Shown: positions 19,294 through 28,875, counted from the stretch's first letter. The stretch is DNA of 41,411 nt from Candidatus Zixiibacteriota bacterium (GCA_020348065.1 CP070742.1:2229907-2271317), one strand, 5' to 3'. Numbers and translations are program-made. The notes: generated by a model from the letters alone, not told the origin.

Positions 19294-19837
19294 TTACGCC
19301 AACCACAAAAGAGCGGTTTTATCGGCAGCAGACCAGTCGAAGCGGGACATCTTCTTGTTATATTTTGTCAGCGTTTCGCGGATATCGTCCGGAAGCAGGA
19401 AGAACTCCACGCCGGAATAGAGCTCCTCGGTGTTTTCCCGGAAGACGGTGATATCGATATCGTCCCTGTAATTCAGCGGATTACCGGGATAAGCTTTGCA
19501 GGGGCGTAGATTGGTTCTGAGGTTATACTGCTGACGTAATCTCAATATGGGCGAGAGATAATCAATCCTTTACTTCGCAGTTCGGGATCGAGTTCGTTCT
19601 CGGCCTCCTCTTTAGGTTTTGACGTTATGGGCCGAACAGCGCGCAATCGGTTTCTTTGAGGATTTTTATGGTGCGTTCCGGCAGCGGGTTGCCTTCTTTG
19701 CACCATAATTCCCACCCGATATCGGCATGAACATATTCGGCGTCGAGTTTGATTTTATCAAGCACAATCCGGGCAGATTCCATAACATCGTTACCGACAC
19801 CATCGCCGGGCATCCAGGCTATCTTATATTTTGGCAC
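19294..19837 (-). pseudogene. icd: remnant of an isocitrate/isopropylmalate dehydrogenase family gene (N-terminal ~150 codons, frameshifted and 3'-truncated)
   Basis: A 70-aa ORF carries the N-terminal dinucleotide-fold motif KIAWMPGDGVGNDV...ALFGP. A separate 83-aa ORF in another frame carries NLRPCKAYPGNP...DIDITVFRENTEELYSGVEF, the IDH LRP...VRENTEG box. The remaining ~250 codons of the family are absent. Confidence 0.7.
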
Positions 19838-19933
19838 GAAATTTTCCTTTATCCTTCACAGGCTAATTTGCAGATGCAAAAATAATCGTCACTATAAGAA
19901 CCATGAAATCCGGTTATAGTTTCAGAAAATCGG

Positions 19934-20854
19934 TTACAGTCTTACCCGCATGGTGATACGGTGAGTATCGCTCAGGTTATTGCGGAAAATTACGTAGGCG
20001 TAATCGATATAATATATGCGGTAGGCAATACCTCCCCCCACGGCCAGGGAGCGGGAATCATAACCGAGGTTGTAGCCGCTTCTGAAGAACACGAAATTAT
20101 CGTAATTATATTCAGCGCCGAAATTAAGCTTGGAATCGCCGTCGCCCCATTTGGGCAGGATATAATCGGCGGCGAACAGGATGCCGTCCAAAGCGGATCC
20201 CGGAGCGCCCCGATAGGAAACTCCCAGCCTGAATTCCCTGGGCAGGTCGTATGATTTGGATATGAACTTCGGTTTTGTGCCCAGATTCCTGACGGCTGCA
20301 CCGAAGGCAATCTGAGGATCGAAGGTATAAAAAATCCCAAGGTCGGTTCCGAAAGCGCTGGCGCTTCCGTAATCAAGTTTCTCGTAGGCGAATTTGAGGG
20401 TATTTCCGATTGACCATCGAGGAGATGCCGGATAGGCCCAGAAAATAGAGAAGGCGAAATTATGTTCATCGAAGGTCCCCAGGGGTTCGCTCGAGGGATA
20501 ATCATCGCGACGCTCGAAGTCGGCAACCTGTCCGAGGCTCATATGCAAACCGAGGCGCATATTCCCCGAATGCGCCAAGGCCGATAACTGTTCTATGGAT
20601 GCCTCCTCAAGGTAAACCAGATGCGCGAAGGAGATTTCGCTGCCATTCATAACCCCTGCGGAAGCGGGATTGAAATACGGCGCGCCCACGTCACCGCTAA
20701 CCGCGGAAAAGGCCTCGCCCATGGCGGAGGCCCTGGAGGACGATCCGACAAGCAGGAATTCAAAAGAACTGCCGCCCACCTCCGCAAACGAGATGGAATA
20801 CAAAAGAAACAGAATTGCAAAAGTCTTCTTTATCATCTTCAATCTAAAAAACAA
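19934..20854 (-). CDS. outer-membrane beta-barrel protein, FadL/PorV-like (paralogue 2)
   Basis: Signal peptide. N-terminal motif RASAMGEAFSAVSGDVGAPYFNPASAG of the FadL/OMPP1/PorV type. Alternating hydrophobic beta-strand pattern. Aromatic C-terminus. Confidence 0.55.
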   Translation of the reverse strand: MFFRLKMIKKTFAILFLLYSISFAEVGGSSFEFLLVGSSSRASAMGEAFSAVSGDVGAPYFNPASAGVMNGSEISFAHLVYLEEASIEQLSALAHSGNMRLGLHMSLGQVADFERRDDYPSSEPLGTFDEHNFAFSIFWAYPASPRWSIGNTLKFAYEKLDYGSASAFGTDLGIFYTFDPQIAFGAAVRNLGTKPKFISKSYDLPREFRLGVSYRGAPGSALDGILFAADYILPKWGDGDSKLNFGAEYNYDNFVFFRSGYNLGYDSRSLAVGGGIAYRIYYIDYAYVIFRNNLSDTHRITMRVRL

Positions 20855-21830
20855 ACCCCAGGGTAAAAAGGTGCCCGGCCGACGTTCCCTCGCGTCCTAC
20901 AAGATAAGCATAATCGAGGCTTAATGATATATTTTTTATTTCCTGGATCAGCGACGCTCCGAATGCGGGATTTTTTCTATCGATACCTATTCGCAAACCG
21001 GCGACGCGGACATCCTCCTCGATTTCAATATATGTATCTTCCTCGTATTCGTCTTCTACCTGTCGAACGGTTTTTCTGGTATACCATAATTCCGCGCCGG
21101 CCCTGAATTTGAGTTCCCCTTTATCGCTGGTTTCGATTTCCGCGGCTGATATAATTTTATCATCGACAAAATAACCCGCCGCCCCGAATTTCATTACGAT
21201 CGGAAACTGTTCCTCATAGGTTGTGCCCCGGCTCCAGTATTCGCCGCCGTTCCATTGATGTTTCGAGCCTATATTCTGAAATACGGCGGCAAGTGAGACA
21301 AATTTGTGCGGTTTGGAGACCGCACCTAAATCCATGCCGACGGTGAAACTTTGAAGATCATCGAATTTTTCCTGGATATATCGAAGTTTACCGCCGAAAG
21401 AGAACATTTCCGATAAGGCCTTACCAAAGGATAGCTCGAAAGCGTCACTGCTGTTGCCGACCTCACCCAGGATTTGCCTGGATTGTCCTCTCATGGGAAC
21501 ATCAGAAACTCCGAAATTCAACCAGCTGGCGGCCATAGCGGCCTCATTCCTGATAGGGAACGCGACGGCGACATGGCCGAGATGCCTGTCCAGCGACAGA
21601 GATTTGTAGCTGAATCCCGCCATGGTTTTGGGGATAAAACCCAATCCCGCCGGATTATAATAGACGGCGTCGATACCCTCAGCTACCGCGGTGAAGGCGC
21701 CGCCCATACCGAGAGCCCTTGCGCCTATCCCGTTTCTCAAAAAAGCTCCGGCATATCCGGCATAGTCTCCCGAAAGGGCGACCGATGATGCCGATAAAAG
21801 TATGACGATTATTGCCAACGTTCTTCTCAT
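20844..21830 (-). CDS. outer-membrane beta-barrel protein, FadL/PorV-like (paralogue 1)
   Basis: Signal peptide. ARALGMGGAFTAVAEGIDAVYYNPAGLG motif. Ends ...FTLGFVF. Overlaps the downstream paralogue by 11 nt. Confidence 0.55.
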   Translation of the reverse strand: MRRTLAIIVILLSASSVALSGDYAGYAGAFLRNGIGARALGMGGAFTAVAEGIDAVYYNPAGLGFIPKTMAGFSYKSLSLDRHLGHVAVAFPIRNEAAMAASWLNFGVSDVPMRGQSRQILGEVGNSSDAFELSFGKALSEMFSFGGKLRYIQEKFDDLQSFTVGMDLGAVSKPHKFVSLAAVFQNIGSKHQWNGGEYWSRGTTYEEQFPIVMKFGAAGYFVDDKIISAAEIETSDKGELKFRAGAELWYTRKTVRQVEDEYEEDTYIEIEEDVRVAGLRIGIDRKNPAFGASLIQEIKNISLSLDYAYLVGREGTSAGHLFTLGFVF

Positions 21831-23845
21831 TTTATCAACACCACCTTTCCCCAGAGGTCTTCGCCCGAATCGAGTTCGATTCTATAGAAATAAATTCCGT
21901 TAGCGGCCAGATCGCCGTCGCCATTGGCGCCGTCCCAGAGGATATCATCGGATTCGACGCCTCCCCGTCGAAACACGCCGTCGGCGACGATCTTTACCAG
22001 TTCAAGATTTATATCGTAGATTTTAATAGTGGCGTATGTATCCACCAACGGTTTGAAATGGATGGTCGCGCCCTGCCTGGTGACATGCGTAGGCGAAAAG
22101 GGCGACGGGTAAGCGTAATGTTCGGCGGCGTCTATGGATGATCTGTAAACATCCCAACTGCCGGCTTGGCCCTTAATTACGCCGTCCGAGCCTCCGGCCC
22201 AGATATCCGGGCCAACAACATCGACGGTAAAGAACGAGGCCTCGTCGTGAACAAAAGTCTGGTCCATAGCATCGATAAAACCGGAAAAATAATTCCATTC
22301 CGAATAGTCGCCTTCCGACCAGAAAAGACCGTTGCTCGAGGCGACATAAACGGTATCTTCCGCGAATGAAAAATCCCAGGCTTCGATGGCCTCGCTGCCG
22401 AAACGGTCGGTAATATTGGCGGTATTCCAGGTCCTGCCGTCATCATAAGAAAATGAGACTCTGAGATCCCCTGAGAAGGCGGGCCTGCAGGCGGCCCAGA
22501 TTATTCTGGTATCCTGGAATTGCTGAACATCAATAGCGACCACGAAATTTCCGGCCAGCTGATGATCATAATCGTCATCCAGAATTATCCATCCGGATGG
22601 AGGAATGTTGCCATAAGGTCCCCAATCACCTTCGAAATCCTCCATCAGCAAAATTTCACCGTCCGCCAGAAAAGTGATATCGTTTAACATCCAGCTTCCC
22701 GCGCCCTCGGTAAGCTCATAAATATTTTTGAGATAAAGAAAAGCCACCATAATGGAGCTCTTCCCCGCCGCAAAGGACGATATATCGATCCACTGGCTGT
22801 CGGCGGCGGTGGTATCGCCGAAAGCGCTATCGGTGAATACGGCAAGGGTTTCCGCCCAGACATTACCGCCGTCGTCGGATATCAGTACGAGCGCCGAATC
22901 TTCGCCAATGGAGTCGCCATCGAAATAGTAATGTTCGAAGAAGAGGGTGCAGGCGGTAGCGTTGCTGAAATTAATCACCGGCGAATACAACCAGTCCTCG
23001 TTATCCTCTGTTTCCGAGCCGCCGGATACCCCGATGAAGAAATCCGCCATTACCGTATCTTTATGCCAATCGTATTGATCCCAGACGAAACCGGCGTCGA
23101 TTTTGAAAGCGCGGACGATATCGGCGGGATAGGTATCGTAAACGCCTCCCGTACCCGGAAAGGAAAAGCGGTTGATTCCGACAGCGCTTCCGGCCCAGAT
23201 ATTAAGCGTATCGGGAAAGCCGCCGGTATCCACTGTTACCGAAAACATTCTATTGTTGAGACTATAGTAATTGCGATCAACGAAATCGATGGAATCGGTA
23301 TTGGTTTCCTCAAGCTGGCTGGGGAACAGGTTTTCCCAGGACTCTCCGAAATCTGTGCTGCGGATCAGCCCTCCGTAAAAAGACGCCGAGTAGACTATGG
23401 AATCGTGTACCGCCAGATCGTAGGAAAGCATTCCCGGAGATCCGGAGTAGCCCGGAAAAAGATAGGCGAAGGGTCGGAAGGACGCCCAGGTTTGACCGTC
23501 ATCGGTGGAGAAGGATATGCCGTCGCCGTAGGGAACGTCTTCGCCGCTAACGGTCTCCGAGTGGGAGTTTGCTACCCATATCGCTACATCGTTAGCGGCC
23601 AGAGCGGAGACCTCTTCGCCTGGCAATCCGGATTCGGCGCCGAATGTAGCCCAGGTATCGCCGTTATCGAAACTGACCGACGCTCCGCTACCGGTGCCGA
23701 GCCAGATGGCGTCGGATGTATGATTTATATCGATCACGGCGTTAGAGGTCAGGCCGGTAATGCCGCCGTCCATGGTTATGGTAACGCGGCCGAAGGCCAG
23801 TGTAACTGGCAGCAATAACGCTACTACAAATATTATTTTTTTCAT
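21827..23845 (-). CDS. secreted BNR/Asp-box repeat (beta-propeller) protein with a T9SS-type C-terminal sorting domain
   Basis: Signal peptide. Asp-box repeats SFDNGDTW, STDDGQTW, STDFGESW, SDDGGNVW and SYDDGRTW. C-terminal YPSPFSP...IYDINLELV...GIYFYRIEL...KVVLIK matches the Por secretion tail pattern. Confidence 0.75.
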   Translation of the reverse strand: MKKIIFVVALLLPVTLAFGRVTITMDGGITGLTSNAVIDINHTSDAIWLGTGSGASVSFDNGDTWATFGAESGLPGEEVSALAANDVAIWVANSHSETVSGEDVPYGDGISFSTDDGQTWASFRPFAYLFPGYSGSPGMLSYDLAVHDSIVYSASFYGGLIRSTDFGESWENLFPSQLEETNTDSIDFVDRNYYSLNNRMFSVTVDTGGFPDTLNIWAGSAVGINRFSFPGTGGVYDTYPADIVRAFKIDAGFVWDQYDWHKDTVMADFFIGVSGGSETEDNEDWLYSPVINFSNATACTLFFEHYYFDGDSIGEDSALVLISDDGGNVWAETLAVFTDSAFGDTTAADSQWIDISSFAAGKSSIMVAFLYLKNIYELTEGAGSWMLNDITFLADGEILLMEDFEGDWGPYGNIPPSGWIILDDDYDHQLAGNFVVAIDVQQFQDTRIIWAACRPAFSGDLRVSFSYDDGRTWNTANITDRFGSEAIEAWDFSFAEDTVYVASSNGLFWSEGDYSEWNYFSGFIDAMDQTFVHDEASFFTVDVVGPDIWAGGSDGVIKGQAGSWDVYRSSIDAAEHYAYPSPFSPTHVTRQGATIHFKPLVDTYATIKIYDINLELVKIVADGVFRRGGVESDDILWDGANGDGDLAANGIYFYRIELDSGEDLWGKVVLIK

Positions 23846-23853
23846 CTATCTCC

Positions 23854-25350
23854 TCAGTAAGGTGGTGGTAAACTATAAACTGTTATTATTATCTGCGGGT
23901 TGTTTGATACATTTTCGTCACTGTCAATGGCGTAAAATGTAAAAAGATAGTCCCCAGGTACATTTGAGTCGTAAACTTCGATAATTCTTGAATAAGTACC
24001 ATCTCCCCCAATAATATCTCCGTGAGCGAGAGAATCGCCATCATCATACAAACGAAAAGGAGGATTTGGGGGATATCCCTCCAAAATAGAGATAGAATAT
24101 ACCGAATCGATATCTGTAAGTCCGTCCGGATCATAGGCGTCGACGGTTATTGTGGCTCTGACCGTCTCGCCAAGAATTTGTTCTATCGAATCAGGCGCAA
24201 CGACGTTAAAAAGAGTCGGATTTCCAACAGTAGTAAAAGTGGTATCGAGCTGATCCGACTGGTGACCGTCGATATCGGCGGCGAAAATACTCAGGTAATG
24301 TAAACCGATATCGAACACGCCGGTGTCGGCCATGAAGGTTATGGTAAATCGGCTGTCGCCGGAGGCCTGGTCGCCATGAGTACCGTCATCATAAAAAAGC
24401 AATTGTTCAACCGGAAAAGGGTTATCGACAAAGAACCATTCGCCCCAGACGGAATCGATATTATCATACCCCTGGGGATCATCGACAAATATGGAGACCG
24501 TCTGGGAATCGCTGTAATTATGAATAATTTCAAGCTCCAGATCGAACAAAGCCGGCGAAACCAATCCCGCCGAGTCGGCGGAAACGAAAAATGTATCATA
24601 CCATGCCGACTCCAGGCCATCAAGATCAACCGCCCACAAATCGATTTTGTAGATTCCCTGAATAAAAGCCCCGCTGTCGGGCAGGAACATGGCGGTATAA
24701 CGATCATCTCCCGGCGTCAGATCGCCGTTTATGCCGTCATCGTTGAATATAATTTGCGTATATACGGGAGTGATTTCATCAAAATAGTATCTTCCCAATA
24801 CCGAATCGATATCTCCGGGGCCGTTGGGATCTGATACCATTACCGATACGGTTTGAGAATCGCGATAATAATGGTAGAGTTCCAACTGGACATCGGATAA
24901 TACCGGATTCAAGGGCGTGGTTGTATCTATTACCGAGAATGTGGAATCGATCTGGGCCGCGAAATTTCCGCTCAAATCGGACGCCCCGATATTGATGGTA
25001 TAATCGTCTAATAAAAATCCGCTACCGGGCCTGAATCGCGATGTAAACCGGCCGTCGCCCGGATTGGCGTCTCCATTCGTCCCGTCGTCACGAAATTGAA
25101 TATACCTTACGGAACCGGTGTTGCCGGGCACCATATAGTTACCGAATACGGAGTCTATATCGTTGAGCCCCTGGGGATCGGAAACCAGCAGGGAGACGAT
25201 CTGGGAATCCGCGTAGTGGACAGTATCAATTAGCTGTAAACTCGAAAGGACGGGATTATTCGATGGAGTGGGGCCGTTATCGCCGTCGCAGTATATAAAC
25301 AACAGACAGAGGAGAATTAAAATTGTCGGAGAAGCGAATTTCTTTAACAT
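23854..25350 (-). CDS. secreted protein built from four tandem ~107-aa repeats (unclassified Ig-like or Ca-binding module)
   Basis: Signal peptide. Four repeats each contain DSQ[TI]VS..V.DP.G..DIDSV.G...F and DDG[TI].GD...GD.R[YF]T, for example FRDDGTNGDANPGDGRFTS, FNDDGINGDLTPGDDRYTA and FYDDGTHGDQASGDSRFTI. Confidence 0.6.
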   Translation of the reverse strand: MLKKFASPTILILLCLLFIYCDGDNGPTPSNNPVLSSLQLIDTVHYADSQIVSLLVSDPQGLNDIDSVFGNYMVPGNTGSVRYIQFRDDGTNGDANPGDGRFTSRFRPGSGFLLDDYTINIGASDLSGNFAAQIDSTFSVIDTTTPLNPVLSDVQLELYHYYRDSQTVSVMVSDPNGPGDIDSVLGRYYFDEITPVYTQIIFNDDGINGDLTPGDDRYTAMFLPDSGAFIQGIYKIDLWAVDLDGLESAWYDTFFVSADSAGLVSPALFDLELEIIHNYSDSQTVSIFVDDPQGYDNIDSVWGEWFFVDNPFPVEQLLFYDDGTHGDQASGDSRFTITFMADTGVFDIGLHYLSIFAADIDGHQSDQLDTTFTTVGNPTLFNVVAPDSIEQILGETVRATITVDAYDPDGLTDIDSVYSISILEGYPPNPPFRLYDDGDSLAHGDIIGGDGTYSRIIEVYDSNVPGDYLFTFYAIDSDENVSNNPQIIITVYSLPPPY

Positions 25351-25448
25351 CGGACCGCCTACTTCATTCTTCGTAAGCCATTCAAAAATCTTTAGCTGTC
25401 TAAAATAGGCGTCCTTTCCAGATCGGTAAAGTAAAAAATGTCACATTT

Positions 25449-26357
25449 TCAACAACTTACGACGAATTCGGGCCTCAATGCAGCGCCGTATCGCAAACCG
25501 CCGTTGGAAACCGTAATCTCGTCTTTTTTAAATATACCCAGAAGCGCCAGAAATATTCCCAGCCCCGGCAACATTAAATCCGCTCTCTGGGGGTCGAATG
25601 GTATCAATGATTTTCTTTTCCCGGGGCTCAAATTCTCGAAGTTTTGCCCAATTTCCCGCATGTTTTCAGCGGTTAGTCTCATTCCATGAATCTCCGGGGC
25701 TTTAAATTCGGTCATTTTTTTATAGATAGCTCCTGCTGAAGTGATTGTACCGCCAGTAGCCACAAAAGTTCCGGGGGATTTTTGATTCAATTCCGCAAGT
25801 TCTTTGGCGAAAACGATTTCCGCGAAACTGCTGTATTCTTTGAGCGAATCGGTCGCGGTCGCGTCTTTTAAAATCATCGCACCAATGGGGACGCTCAGGA
25901 TATCCGATATCATCTCGCCCGAACCGAAAATCAGCTCGGTAGACCCGCCGCCCATATCCACCAGCAGAACATCTTCTTTATCTATATCGAGATTATGAAA
26001 GGCGCCAGAGTAAGAAAGGGCGGCTTCCGTTTCCCCGGAGATAACGGTGAGGTCCAGATTGCACTGCGATTTTATCAGGTTGATAAACTCGACCTTATTT
26101 TCAGCCATTCTAACAGCTTCGGTTCCTATTATTGTGACAGAATCGAATTTGTTTTGGTTCAAGATACCGGAAATGGCGCCGACCGTTCTTTTCATAGCTT
26201 CTTTGGAGAGCAAGCCGGAATTTTGCAGACCCTCGCCGAGACGAGTGGTAACTTTCTTATCAGATATTACCGAAAGCTCACCATGCCCGGTTTTTACAAT
26301 CAGGGCCAGGATAGAATTTGTCCCCACATCGATAATTAATTTGGTTTCATTTTGCAT
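25449..26357 (-). CDS. Ppx/GppA-family phosphatase (exopolyphosphatase / pppGpp phosphohydrolase-like, short form)
   Basis: N-terminal ASKHA-fold motif LIIDVGTNSILALIV, then TIIGTEAVRMAEN and VDMGGGSTELIFG. 302 aa. 11-nt overlap with the upstream gene. Confidence 0.78.
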   Translation of the reverse strand: MQNETKLIIDVGTNSILALIVKTGHGELSVISDKKVTTRLGEGLQNSGLLSKEAMKRTVGAISGILNQNKFDSVTIIGTEAVRMAENKVEFINLIKSQCNLDLTVISGETEAALSYSGAFHNLDIDKEDVLLVDMGGGSTELIFGSGEMISDILSVPIGAMILKDATATDSLKEYSSFAEIVFAKELAELNQKSPGTFVATGGTITSAGAIYKKMTEFKAPEIHGMRLTAENMREIGQNFENLSPGKRKSLIPFDPQRADLMLPGLGIFLALLGIFKKDEITVSNGGLRYGAALRPEFVVSC

Positions 26358-27750
26358 ATAATTTAGCCTGCTTGAAATAGCGGGGCCTGTTATCGTAATG
26401 CGGCCTGGAGAGACTGAGCCAGACGATCTCCCCTTTTGCCGTTTTACACGATTCGAACTCGTATTCCGGCCGTTCGAGATGGCGGTATTTCGATCTCATG
26501 ATATCCCAGTAATGCCTGGCAAGCTCCAGGGCCTCGCTTTCAGGAAGAATCATCTCGGCCTCAAAGGGTACAGGTTTATTTTCAATACTTAATTCCGGCT
26601 GTACGCAACAAATTCTCATACCGATATTGGTAAGAGAATTCAGGTTCATAGACTTGAATCCGGGCACATACAGATAAAACCTGTTTTGAGCTTTTTTCTT
26701 TGCCACCAGCGGAATTTCCCCGGTGAGGACTTTTGAAAATTTTGAAACGGTATTGATGTTTTCTCCGGCGACAAACGGAAATCTCCAGAAGGGATGATAA
26801 TGTTTGCCTTCTTCGTATTTCGCGGTGAGTAACCCCGTTGAAACATAATTATCTTCGGCTATCATATAAGCGCGGAAGCAGTTCTGGCAATAATAAAAAA
26901 GAGAATATTCCGAAACGGGGAGATCAAAACCGCAATTGGGGCATTTATGCTGAACCGGGTTCATTTCCGAGGCCCGGCTGAGATCGATCCCGGTCGAATG
27001 TGTTTCCAGTTCGCCGGGGATTTCGTGATAGACGCGTTTATTTAAACCGTCGATAAACATGGTGGTGTAAAAATCTCCCTGGCTAAGGCTGAAAGCCCAG
27101 ACAGGATAATAGATTAATGAAAGCCCCTCGCCTATCATTTCCGACGATATTATCTCTTTGTTCAACGACGCAAACCCGACATTCATAAAAAACATCATCA
27201 TGGATTTCTGTTTGGCCTCTTCGGGAGGGATTTTTATATCGATCTTAACCGAATCTTCGGGAAAATTATCGTTATGAAGAGCGGTTAATGGCATAACCTC
27301 GGGCCGGATACCGAGGGAATCCAATCCGAAGGCTTCGTTTGTATAGGCCGGAACCGTAAGATCGAAATGGCTGCATTTTCTTTGCAGTTCGCGTTTAACC
27401 ATAGGGATGGCATTTTCGAAATCGTCAACTTCGCATTCAACGGTTTTTTCGCAAAAAAGAGCGTACGACATTCCCCGAAACCTGTAAAAAGGGATGTAAA
27501 AAAGCTGTCGAGAGATTTCAGAATAGGTAAGCGACAATCCTTTTTCTTTAAGATGTTTCTCGACAGAGAACTTTACGGCGAAGCCCTCGAGCTTGGGCTG
27601 ATAGAAATATTTTAATATTCTGCCGGGGGAACCTATACGCATAATCAGCCCGCAAAATTTGCATTGCAGGCTGATGGTGCCTTCGAGTGTCTCGAGTGGC
27701 GAGCCGCAACCGGGGCAGTTAAATTGCGCTGAATAATCAGCCATAAGCAT
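26347..27750 (-). CDS. uncharacterised 467-aa protein with two zinc-ribbon motifs
   Basis: N-terminal FNCPGCGSPL...LQCKFCGLIM and a central HKCPNCGFDL...YYCQNCFRAY. No TM segment. Lies 9 nt downstream of the SPFH gene. Confidence 0.5.
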   Translation of the reverse strand: MLMADYSAQFNCPGCGSPLETLEGTISLQCKFCGLIMRIGSPGRILKYFYQPKLEGFAVKFSVEKHLKEKGLSLTYSEISRQLFYIPFYRFRGMSYALFCEKTVECEVDDFENAIPMVKRELQRKCSHFDLTVPAYTNEAFGLDSLGIRPEVMPLTALHNDNFPEDSVKIDIKIPPEEAKQKSMMMFFMNVGFASLNKEIISSEMIGEGLSLIYYPVWAFSLSQGDFYTTMFIDGLNKRVYHEIPGELETHSTGIDLSRASEMNPVQHKCPNCGFDLPVSEYSLFYYCQNCFRAYMIAEDNYVSTGLLTAKYEEGKHYHPFWRFPFVAGENINTVSKFSKVLTGEIPLVAKKKAQNRFYLYVPGFKSMNLNSLTNIGMRICCVQPELSIENKPVPFEAEMILPESEALELARHYWDIMRSKYRHLERPEYEFESCKTAKGEIVWLSLSRPHYDNRPRYFKQAKLYAK

Positions 27751-27759
27751 AATCCCCCA

Positions 27760-28875
27760 TCAATCGACTTTTTCGCCGCATTCGGTACAGAATTTCGATC
27801 CCGAGGGAAGCCTGGCGCCGCATTTGGAGCAGGTCATTTTATCGCCCAACTTCTTTCCGCACGAGTGACAGAATTTGGCGTCGGGGCTGAGATCGATACC
27901 GCAATCCGGGCAGCGATCGGAAGCGACCATGGGATGTCCGCACTTATAGCAGAATCTGGAATTTTGCGGCGTGTCGTTGCCGCAATCGGGACAGGTAACT
28001 GTCGGAACCGATTCGGCCTTCAGGCCTTTCTCTTCCGGCGCGAAAGCGTTGGAAAGCATCGCCGGAACCATCAATCCGACACCGGCGGCCATTCCCAAAC
28101 CGGCGCCGGTCTGGGCGGTGGTTCCCTCTCCGGAAGACATGGCCTTGGCCATGGAATATTTCAGGAATTTGTCAAGATCCCCGACTGCTTTCATGGACGA
28201 TTTCTCATCGATCATTTTCTGGACCTCGTCGGGCGGAGTGATCGAGGTAATGTAGAAATCGATCAGCTCCATGCCGTATTTCGAAAACTCGCCGCCGATC
28301 TTCTGCTTTATTTCCAGTCCCAATTCATCATACTGTCTGGGGAGATCGAATATGGTCTCGAGTTTCTCGCCGAACAGATCGTTAATACGGGCGACTATAA
28401 CGTCCCGGAGATAGCTGGAAATATCGTCGGTGGTATAGGCCGCTTCGCGTCCCACGATGCTGTTTATGAAAACCAGAGGTTCGACTATCCTGCAGGTATA
28501 GACGCCATACCCGCGCAATCTGACCAGACCCAGTTCTTTATCGCGGAAGGCGACGGGGTCGCGGGTTCCCCATTTAAGGCTGGTAAACACCTTATGATTA
28601 ATAAAATATACCTCGCACCTGATGGGTGACTTAAATCCCCAGGGAAGTGAAAGCGCGCGAGTTAGAATCGGAATATTGAGCGAGGACAAAGTATGTCTTC
28701 CGGGACCCAGTACATCATACCCCTTTCCAGATTTAAAAAACACGGCCGATTGTGATTCTCTTACGATTAGCTGCGCCCCCGCCTTGATATCCAGCGAACC
28801 TTTTTCCGGCAAACGATGAATCATATCGTTTCCGGACATGTCTACCCACTCGAGGACCTCCATCATTACCGCCAT
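27760..28875 (-). CDS. SPFH/band-7 (stomatin/prohibitin-like) domain protein with three C-terminal zinc ribbons (COG4260-like)
   Basis: N-terminal SPFH-like region of about 250 aa. Gly/Ala-rich linker. Three ribbons: CPDCGNDTPQNSRFCYKCG, CPDCGIDLSPDAKFCHSCG and CSKCGARLPSGSKFCTECG. Confidence 0.8.
   Translation of the reverse strand: MAVMMEVLEWVDMSGNDMIHRLPEKGSLDIKAGAQLIVRESQSAVFFKSGKGYDVLGPGRHTLSSLNIPILTRALSLPWGFKSPIRCEVYFINHKVFTSLKWGTRDPVAFRDKELGLVRLRGYGVYTCRIVEPLVFINSIVGREAAYTTDDISSYLRDVIVARINDLFGEKLETIFDLPRQYDELGLEIKQKIGGEFSKYGMELIDFYITSITPPDEVQKMIDEKSSMKAVGDLDKFLKYSMAKAMSSGEGTTAQTGAGLGMAAGVGLMVPAMLSNAFAPEEKGLKAESVPTVTCPDCGNDTPQNSRFCYKCGHPMVASDRCPDCGIDLSPDAKFCHSCGKKLGDKMTCSKCGARLPSGSKFCTECGEKVD

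Noticed and set aside
22931-23818. 295-aa plus-strand ORF
   Set aside because: It lies entirely antisense within the well-supported BNR/T9SS-CTD gene. Its Gly/Arg/Ala-rich low-complexity translation is typical of a GC-rich antisense frame.
27865-28629. 254-aa plus-strand ORF
   Set aside because: It is antisense to the SPFH/zinc-ribbon gene, has no motifs, and has low-complexity composition.
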